Positions 1 through 8,600 of a DNA stretch of 64,000 bases are shown here, in pieces. This stretch comes from Candidatus Sumerlaeales bacterium (GTDB lineage: Bacteria; Sumerlaeota; Sumerlaeia; Sumerlaeales; Sumerlaeaceae): positions 1 through 64,000 of the forward strand of contig JBBSQY010000007.1 of assembly GCA_038243585.1 (NCBI GenBank). Reading direction: 5' to 3'. The position numbers and the translations under genes are program-made. Numbering within the stretch: position 1 is the stretch's first letter; every line of letters begins with the position of its first letter. Under the pieces are notes generated by a model, which searched no databases, had not been told where the DNA came from, and saw only the letters and a list, made by a program, of their open reading frames with translations.

Positions 1-1072
1 GGTGCTTAAAGAGCTCGGAGGTCGCCCGCTCACACTGGATAACATCCAGGAGATGGAAACGCAGATAACTGGTCGCGTTACCAGACAGGTAAATTCTCAG
101 TTTGCCCAAATCAATCAGGCTGTCCAGGAGATGCTTCCAGTTATGGCCACCTTCCTCCAGACATTTCCTGAATTCAGCACGGATCTAAAAGCGCAGAAGG
201 ATTTCGCAATGGATTTCGTAGCCTTGCAGGTACGAATCGAAAAAGAGGAACTTCCCAAATATCGCGTTCGTTTCGAAGAATACCTAACTGAAACGATGAC
301 CGGGAACATTGGCATGCTGCGCCAGAAAATTGAGGTTCATGCCCGCGAAATAAAAGACCGGCTAAAGATGATCAACGCCGCCCTCGCGGAAATTCCGTTT
401 TCAGAAACCACGTATGTGCAGATCATCAGTCAGAAAACTAGGCATGGAGAAATTAAAGAATTCGAACTGGATTTGAAAGACTGCACGAGTTACGGACTCT
501 CCCCCACCCAGGAAGACCGTATGCGTATTTTCGAAAGCATCCGGAAACTGCTCAACCACCTGAACCAGGACCCAAAACGCGCAGCGCGTGTGACGGATGC
601 GCGCCATTGGTCGGAATTCAGCGTACGGGAACTGGCCAAAGCCGACGATACTCAGATAAATACCTTTTCCGCGTCGACAGGAAAATCCGGGGGGCAAAAA
701 GCAAAGCTGGCTTTCTCTATTCTGGCGTCCGCCATTACCGCGCAATATGGAATTTTCGAAGCAGAAACCCAGGCGGATACCTTCCGTCTTGTCGTGATCG
801 ACGAAGCCTTTGCCCGGACCGACGAAACCAACTCACAACAAGCTTTAAATTTGTTTAAAAATCTTGGACTTCAGCTTCTTATCGTAAACCCGTTTGACGC
901 AAAAGGGCGACTGGTGGAAGACTATGTGGACAGCATCCACCTGGTAGATATCAACGCGGACAATAAATCCAGTATTCGGCGCGCGTCCCGCGAAGAATAT
1001 GAAAAAAGCAGCGAAGATATCGCCTATACCAGCGCGCACGATCAAGTGGCCTCACCCGCCGCGAACGGGTAG
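1..1072 (+). CDS. jetC: Wadjet SMC-like ATPase JetC/MksB, C-terminal part (5' end outside the window)
   Basis: Coiled coil followed by ABC signature SGGQKAKLAF and Walker B FRLVVIDEAF; lies directly upstream of a jetD-like gene. Confidence 0.85.
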   Translation, partial: VLKELGGRPLTLDNIQEMETQITGRVTRQVNSQFAQINQAVQEMLPVMATFLQTFPEFSTDLKAQKDFAMDFVALQVRIEKEELPKYRVRFEEYLTETMTGNIGMLRQKIEVHAREIKDRLKMINAALAEIPFSETTYVQIISQKTRHGEIKEFELDLKDCTSYGLSPTQEDRMRIFESIRKLLNHLNQDPKRAARVTDARHWSEFSVRELAKADDTQINTFSASTGKSGGQKAKLAFSILASAITAQYGIFEAETQADTFRLVVIDEAFARTDETNSQQALNLFKNLGLQLLIVNPFDAKGRLVEDYVDSIHLVDINADNKSSIRRASREEYEKSSEDIAYTSAHDQVASPAANG

Positions 1073-1078
1073 GCGCCC

Positions 1079-2212
1079 TTGCTTACTTTAACAGACATCC
1101 GCAACCGGTACGCAAGCCGATACTCCGACTACCTCAAGGCGCTCATATCCGGGGAGGTCTTTTTCCCGTTGCCCGTACGCTTCGGAAAATCAAAGCCCAG
1201 CGACACGTGGGGTAAGCTGGTAAACGAAAACAAAGCTCTGGAAGAAGGCAGCCGATTCTATCGCATCGAGCGGGCAGAAGTTAATACGCGACGCTTTGGC
1301 AGACAGCTCTTAGCGCAAAGCGTCTGGATTGACAGCGAAAGTCAGTTTCTTGAGCTTATTGATAAAACCCGGGAAGCGGAACTGTTTAAGAGAAATCTAA
1401 ACCTCACCCGTGAACTGTGTCCTGCCCTGGAACCACTGCTGGCGCTGCGACCAAACCTGATGGACGAAGCCGGTCAAATCTGGCCTGACGTGCTTAAAGT
1501 CTGCTGCTATTTCAAGTCAAACCCGCGTCCCGGCCTGTACGCTCGCCAGCTACCTATCGCTGTCGATACGAAATTCATCGGGAGAAATGAGCCCCTGCTG
1601 TCCCAGTTGCTCGGCTGCTTTCAGGGAGAAACGACCGGCTGCGACAGCGCTAACTTTAATACACGTTTCGGACTCCTGGTTGATGAGTGCCTGATAAGGA
1701 TCCGCTTTCTGGATCCGGAACTGCAAAGTCGTTACAGTCCCGATTTTGACCAAATAGCAATTCTCCTGTCACATCTCACAAATTTACAGTTAGCTGGCAT
1801 CACAGTTTTGATAGTTGAAAACAAGATGAATTTTCTCACCCTGCCGCCACTGCGAAACACTTTAGCTATTTACGGCGAAGGAAATAAAGTTGAGCTCCTC
1901 AGCTGCCTCCACTGGCTGCAAGATTGTCGCGCGATTTACTGGGGAGACATCGACTCCCACGGCTTCCATATGCTTGCTAGACTGCGAGCAACTTTCTCCC
2001 ACGTAAGCAGCATATTTATGGACAACGCGACTTTGGACTCCTGGTTTCACTTCACCGTTAAAGCGAAGCCCGCCACCTATGAAAGAAGTGATGAACTTAC
2101 GAATCAGGAGAAAGAAGCCTACCAGCGAGTAACATCAAAGCAAATCCTTCTGGAGCAGGAAAAAATCCCATATCAAGTGGTGGTAGATAAGCTAACAAGC
2201 TTATGCCACTAA
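1079..2212 (+). CDS. jetD: Wadjet TOPRIM nuclease JetD (DUF3322 + DUF2220 type)
   Basis: RPGLYARQLPI-VDTKFI motif, TOPRIM VENKMNF and YWGDIDSHG, C-terminal LEQEKI. Confidence 0.88.
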   Translation: MLTLTDIRNRYASRYSDYLKALISGEVFFPLPVRFGKSKPSDTWGKLVNENKALEEGSRFYRIERAEVNTRRFGRQLLAQSVWIDSESQFLELIDKTREAELFKRNLNLTRELCPALEPLLALRPNLMDEAGQIWPDVLKVCCYFKSNPRPGLYARQLPIAVDTKFIGRNEPLLSQLLGCFQGETTGCDSANFNTRFGLLVDECLIRIRFLDPELQSRYSPDFDQIAILLSHLTNLQLAGITVLIVENKMNFLTLPPLRNTLAIYGEGNKVELLSCLHWLQDCRAIYWGDIDSHGFHMLARLRATFSHVSSIFMDNATLDSWFHFTVKAKPATYERSDELTNQEKEAYQRVTSKQILLEQEKIPYQVVVDKLTSLCH

Positions 2213-2536
2213 ACCCGTTGACGTTGAGCCTGCAAAACTTCCTTGTTTGATCAAACAATTAAAAAGTAGAAGAATCTCCCATTTCACGCTACTTCTCCCA
2301 CGCAAGGGATGCTCATCCCGTTACGTAGGCGCAATGGCTTGTTGCTGTAGAGATAAAACAAACGGATTTAGTATAAAACTTATCGTTTCTTGGCAAACCT
2401 CACTTTTTCCGTTGACTCATTAATCAGAACCGCAGGAGTATGACGTACGATAATTAGTTGCAAGGCGGATAGTTCCGCAGGTCCTGCTTACCGCCCTGAC
2501 TCTGCTCAACAACCCAGTTATATGGAAGAACCATAA

Positions 2537-4270
2537 ATGGCGACTTATATCCAGTGGAACTCGGCAATCACTAAGAATTTACTCATGGGATCAGTCCCGG
2601 GAGAACCTGTTTATCTTTCTGTTGACGAGGATTTCGTTAACTCTACCGCAGCCAACTATCTACAGGACAAGCTGGAAGCAGCACCATTAGAGGATCTGCT
2701 TTTCGCCGTGAGACAGCGCTGCATAGGAACTGATAGAAAAGTCAACCTAAGCAACTGTTTAGGCCGAACAAAGCAAGGTAACTGTTTGGCTGTGGGATTT
2801 CTATCTGTCATGGTGCTTGCAGCATTTGAAATGGGTAAAGTAGAAGGGCAGGGGACCCACGCATACTTCAACAACCTGCGCCGGCTTTTAGGGTTTGAAG
2901 CTGCTAGCGAGGAGCAGGCCCGCCCGCCCGGGATGAGGATCAGTCAGACCACCGCCTTAGCTCCTGAAGAAGGTCTTTGGGAAGACTGGAACTACTGGCT
3001 TAAAATGCTAGCATATATACCTACGGCCACCCCAGGAGCAGGTCCTACAAGATACATTAGGTATCCGATCTCGCAGACGCTTCTGCGGGGGGCAGATACT
3101 CATTCGCTCAGAAGGTTCTTTGCTGGTGGATATTTGTCTCAGAGAATCTGAATGGCGTGGGATAGGGATGATGTTATTGACGTGATATATGCAGAAGCAC
3201 AGCGTACCCCGTGTGGACTGAGCGCGCACATCATTCGCATATTGACTAATAAAGATAAAGATCGAATTAACGACCTTTCCGATGCAATTTTCCGCGTTTA
3301 CCAAGAGATAAATTGGGATTTGGATCTTCTTCGGGACTTATTGAATGGTAGGACTTCCACACTATCACGCGGATTATCCACAAACGTTCTTCGAGGGGAG
3401 CTTGTGTGTTTTTTTGATCCTATAGAAGGGTTTGATTTTGCTGTTCGAGTAAAACTCCCCGAAAATGATTTCTCAGAAAACCTCCATGTCAGCTACAAAG
3501 GAAGTAAATGCTCAATGCAGCCCTTTAACGGTCTGCACTGGGCATTAGTTGCGCCAGCCAATGGTTGGGTGTTGGGAGACCATGGATTATTTGATGTTGA
3601 AGGCACTTCGGAGTGGAAGTCGCTTTCCGTTCCCAACCGGCAGTTCTGGGTTCTAAAACAAAGGGAAGAATCGCTGGGTGTATTTACCGCAGACGGAAGT
3701 CTTATCGCGGGTGAAGAGGCGCTTCTTATATGCGCCGCTAGCATAGAGCCGGCCGTTGAGGACTGGGGAAACCTTGGACAGGTAGATTGGGATAAGAAGA
3801 TTCGGCTAAATAATGAGTGGTTTGCTTTCTGGAAATTTACAGTTTTATCTGAAGATATACAGGTTGCAAAGGATGGCCCTGCTGAACTTCATGATCTCGT
3901 AACGGCATGTAAACATTCCCATGTCCCAGCAATTATCATATCTGGCGGCCTTAAGGAACCGACCGGGATTGGCTGGCTGTTGTCAGCACAACCTGAAATT
4001 TCTGTCACAAATATTAACCATTCGGCACGTCTCGTGGTTACCTCAATACAGGATAATATGCCAGTGTGGGAATTAAATGATGTGGAGTCAGGGATAAAAT
4101 ATCCCATCGAACATCAACTGGATCCAGGTCTTTACAGTCTACAGATTAAACAGGGGCAGCAGACTCTTGCGAGAAAATCCTTTAAAATCCTGAAGTGGGA
4201 TTCGCTATCTGCCGGAGAATGCGACATTTCAGTAGCTCAAGGTACATGGCTGCTTCGGGAGCCGGTCTAA
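2537..4270 (+). pseudogene. First gene of a Druantia-like operon, interrupted by one in-frame TGA at 3149-3151 (ORFs 2537-3151 and 3152-4270)
   Basis: Both ORFs share one frame and are separated only by TGA; no RBS is visible before ATG 3152; the stop overlaps the next gene start (TAATG). Confidence 0.55.
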
Positions 4271-5622
4271 TGTATTTTCACCTGTATGAAATAAGGGGAC
4301 GCCACCAACTCGAAACAGCAGTTAAGGCGATGAAGATCGCTATGCAAAGACACAGGGTTGACAGTGAAGTCCAATTAGCAAATCCCAGGTTTTTTCACGA
4401 CAAAAGTTATTTTGTCGGCATTGCATTTGATACTTTGGAAAAGGCAGATAAGGCAAAGAAAATTCTTTCTGCTATTCCAGGATATTCGGACAATTTTTTT
4501 CATTACTGTTCAATTCCATCAAGGGAAGTTGGTGAGTTCCTGTCAGGTGAACTCGTCGATAGTCTGGTCCATAGAATACTGCAGGTGGAACCAGACCAAA
4601 CAGAGGACCCATACAACCTGGCGGAACCAGTTATATCCACCCATAGCTTCAACTGTGAGCAATCCTCGTTTTTACATGACCGACTATACTGGTATTTATC
4701 AGCTGCAGGCCACGGACGCTGGTCCTATGTTATTCGCGCAGCGGAGACGTTAGGCCTCGCAACATCGAAGACACAGGCTCGTCGTGCCTTTCGTAACCTA
4801 TTACTACTCGGTCACGCTGCTCTATCTCCTGACGGAGCAAGGTGGTCAATGCTTCCGCAAACACTGCTACAACGCGCAGACAGACCCGATCGCGGCTTTT
4901 TAGCCGGTCAATTTTTGCCAGCGCTGGAAAAGAATTTCAGTGAGTCTGCCCTTCTAAAAAAATCACATCAGCAAGAAGGACAAGGACCCATGCGAATTAC
5001 GTTGGATTGGACCTATGCCTGTGACAACCACGAAGAACTCACCCACACAGGGGGTCGAATATCCAACGGATACGAAGCCATTGTATCAGCTTTACCCATA
5101 CTTACTGATTGGCAACGTAACCTTAAAACTGTTGCTATTGAACCATTTGAGGCGTGGTCAGCTTCTCGCTGGGATCCCAGCACCGAATCCTTTAAACACG
5201 TGGGTTCAGTATCTGCAGCAAACTTTCGCGAATGGGGCTCAGGGTTTTACCGCCTAACCAACAACGGTCCTGTCCCCATAGAAAGGTATGTCTTTGGAGA
5301 CAATGCTACCGCAACCTTGTATACCGGTGACTGGTACGGCCTCAGGTGGCTTGCGGCTACAATGGATAAATCTGAAAATTATGATGTCGCATGGCATCCA
5401 GAGCATGATTCAGAGCACATTGGCACCTTGGTAGTTCCATATTCGCGCAGGTGGCCACTGCTGTATGAAAGAGCGTTAGTTTTGGCAAAGGGCAAACTGC
5501 CGGCTCGTGATAGTAATTCGTCACGCTTGCTATACGGCGGAATCCCGTTAAATACAGCAAAGGCATTGGCTGCAAAAGTAGGAGCAAACTTGAAGTGCAT
5601 AGAGGATTCTAACAATGCATGA
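4270..5622 (+). CDS. Second gene of the Druantia-like operon (about 450 aa), with a possible NusG-NGN-like N-terminal domain
   Basis: ATG 4270 overlaps the upstream TAA; C-terminal RWPLLYERALVLAKGKLP; its end overlaps the helicase start. Confidence 0.6.
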   Translation: MYFHLYEIRGRHQLETAVKAMKIAMQRHRVDSEVQLANPRFFHDKSYFVGIAFDTLEKADKAKKILSAIPGYSDNFFHYCSIPSREVGEFLSGELVDSLVHRILQVEPDQTEDPYNLAEPVISTHSFNCEQSSFLHDRLYWYLSAAGHGRWSYVIRAAETLGLATSKTQARRAFRNLLLLGHAALSPDGARWSMLPQTLLQRADRPDRGFLAGQFLPALEKNFSESALLKKSHQQEGQGPMRITLDWTYACDNHEELTHTGGRISNGYEAIVSALPILTDWQRNLKTVAIEPFEAWSASRWDPSTESFKHVGSVSAANFREWGSGFYRLTNNGPVPIERYVFGDNATATLYTGDWYGLRWLAATMDKSENYDVAWHPEHDSEHIGTLVVPYSRRWPLLYERALVLAKGKLPARDSNSSRLLYGGIPLNTAKALAAKVGANLKCIEDSNNA

Positions 5623-8600
5623 TCTGCTGGGCGCTTATGAACGACTGAACCTTGTTTACCGCATGTATATCGAAAGCGCCTTTCCACTTAGGTATCCCGG
5701 ATTATCACGTGAAAGAGCAGAGCTCTTAAAAGGCGACGGCTTCCTTTCGCAAAAGCCGCTGATAGAGCCAGTACCTATCTATCCATCCTCCGGACTTGAT
5801 TTACAGCAAGCAACCGAGGCGCTGGGCGAAGATTATAGCTGGTTACAAGACCTCGCTAAAAATCTGTTTGAGGGCAATGACTTGTATCAGCATCAGTGGG
5901 ATGCACTGCGCCTAACATATCCCCGTGACACTACAGCAAAAGACCTAGTTGTAACCACTGGCACCGGGTCGGGGAAAACAGAATGCTTTTTGCTGCCAAT
6001 TCTAGCGGAGATTGCTCGCGAGGCTAAACTTCAATGGCATGCGACAAATGTACCAGATCCAAAGCGAACGTGGTGGGATAATAAACCTGCCAAGTGGACG
6101 CCGCAATGGCAACATTCGAATCGGCCGCATGCTATCCGCGCAATGATATTGTATCCACTAAATGCCCTAGTTGAAGATCAACTTCGTCGACTGCGCGCCA
6201 CTTTAGACTCACCAGCATCGTTAACATGGTGGGACTCGGACCCCCAACGAAGGGGAAACCGAATTACCTTTGGCCGGTACACAAGTTTTACAAAGGTTTC
6301 CGGGAAGGCTCCCCAAAATGGAGCTGCAAGCGATTCAAAAACAGTGGCTTTGAAAAAGCACCTACAAGAACTTGCGGCACAGGAGAAGATTCTTCAAAAA
6401 AATCTGGCAGATGCTGTGGCGAACGGTAACGTGGAAGCAGCAGACAATATTACCCAACTGCAAAGCCATTTTCCAACTATTAGCGGAGGAGAGATGTGGT
6501 CTCGCTGGGACATGCAGGCTGCGCCTCCCGATATTTTTATAACTAATTATAGCATGCTTAATGTCACGCTAATGAGAGAAGTGGAGCATAATATATTCTC
6601 AGCCACAGCAGAGTGGCTTCGTTCAGATAAACAGAACAGATTTACACTTGTAATCGATGAACTGCATACGTATCGTGGAACACCTGGGACAGAAGTCGCT
6701 TATCTTCTTCGCGTCCTATTTCATAGATTAGGCCTCACTCCGGACTCTCCGCAGCTTCGTATCATTGCTACATCTGCAAGTTTGGATGAGGGGCAAGAGG
6801 GGCGAGAATTTTTAAAGCGTTTTTTTGGCCGAGACCAGTTTGAAGTTCTTGCTGGACAACAAGTTAAGCCAAGCGGCACTTCCCTAGCACGTATTAGTAG
6901 CCTAGGTGACACGTTCGCAAAGTTTGCAATAGCAGCTGATTCGACCCCGAACAACAACATTCACGATGAATTGCTCCTGCCCAAAGGGATTGCTTTATCG
7001 GCGGCTGAGATATTACATAGCGCTGTAACACCCAACGGTACATCCTCTACGTTAACAGACGTGTGGGAGAAACTTGGGATAGCTCTTACAATGCCAGACG
7101 TTGATGCTCCAGATGCTTTGCGCTCGGCTTGTGAAAAAGCAATGGGGGAAGTTCGTGCGACCCCAGTAAAAAAGTTAGATGAAATTCTCTTCCCTGACCA
7201 TCAACCGCTCGAAGGATCTCTCTGTTCTGATGCATTACGTGGCTTTTTATATGCCATTGCTGTTGCTACCGCTAACGGTCGTTCGATTCAACCAGTCCGC
7301 GGTCACCTTTTCTTTCAAAATTTAGAAAATCTTTGGGCATGCGTTAATCCTTACTGTGATGGAAGACCGGGAAGTAATAAAGCCACTGACGGGTACTTTT
7401 CACCTCTTGGAGCGTTGTCGCCGGTTCATAGGCTTGCCTGCACGCATTGCAGTAGCAGAGTACTCGATCTATTGATATGCCAAACATGTGGTGAAACATT
7501 TCTAGGGGGCCACCGGTACGAAGTTAAAACGGGAAATGGTCCGCTGGAACTGTTGGCGGCTGAACAAGCAGACATTGATACTCTGCCAAATTTCGGATTA
7601 GAGCTTCAGTCTCTAAAGCATGACACTTATGGCATTTTTTGGCCCGATGCCAAGCGCACGAAGGCCCATGGTAATGAGAAATCATTTACACAGAAATCCG
7701 GCACAAAGACCACAGTACATTGGACGCGTTATCAGATCGAATGCAGCACCGGGCGGTTGAAGGCTTACAGCGGCAAAGATTCGACGGGGTGGGTAACTGG
7801 CTGGTATTATAAGCCGAGTGACAAAAAAGCAGCAGCGTTACCACCAATCTGTCCCCGCTGCGATACAGATAAGCGGCGAGCAAAAAAATACCCGTCTCCT
7901 ATACGAACGCATCGAATGGGCTTCGCCAAGGGTTGCCAGGTTATTACCTCGGCTCTTGTACGTGAAATGCCTGCAGAAACTAAAAAACGTAAACTTGTGC
8001 TATTTTCGGATAGCAGACAGGATTCAGCCAAGCTGGCTGCTGGTCTTGAAATTGATCATTACAGAGATATGGTCCGGATGGCCCTAACATCCCATACAAA
8101 CCAGTTCTGGCCAATGTTTGGCGCTTTTCTACGCGATTTAGTGAGGAGAGCGGATGGTCTGCAGGAGTGGGTTTTAGCTCTAAACCCAAAGCTCGAAAAT
8201 CTACTCGAAGACCAGATTGAACCTGAACTTAAGGTCGTAGCTCAAAAGTTCCGGCGCATTTTTAAGGAAAACGCTACCGACTTGGCCGGGTTTGACGCTG
8301 AAATGACAGCTGATTCGCCTCATATTAGAGAGGAAAATCGCAGCCTTATCTCTAATTTTGGCGGTCCTATCCCACTAAAATTAATTGTGGATCTCGTACA
8401 TGCTTCCATTTTGGAACTTGGGCATAATCCCGGGGGGAATTCATATGAACTTAGCAATTTTATAGACAGCTCTCGGAGAAAACGTGCTTGGTCTGATCTT
8501 TTTGATTTTACTGTTCCAACACCGGTTAAACAAGCGGGCCTTGATATAACGGGGCTGCCCGAGCAGATCAAACGCCGGCTTAAAAAGGAAATGGTCTATG

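Noticed and set aside
3149..3151. Genome-wide TGA recoding or selenocysteine
   Set aside because: TGA ends ordinary genes in this window (e.g. 40771 and 41008); no redox motif or obvious SECIS at this site
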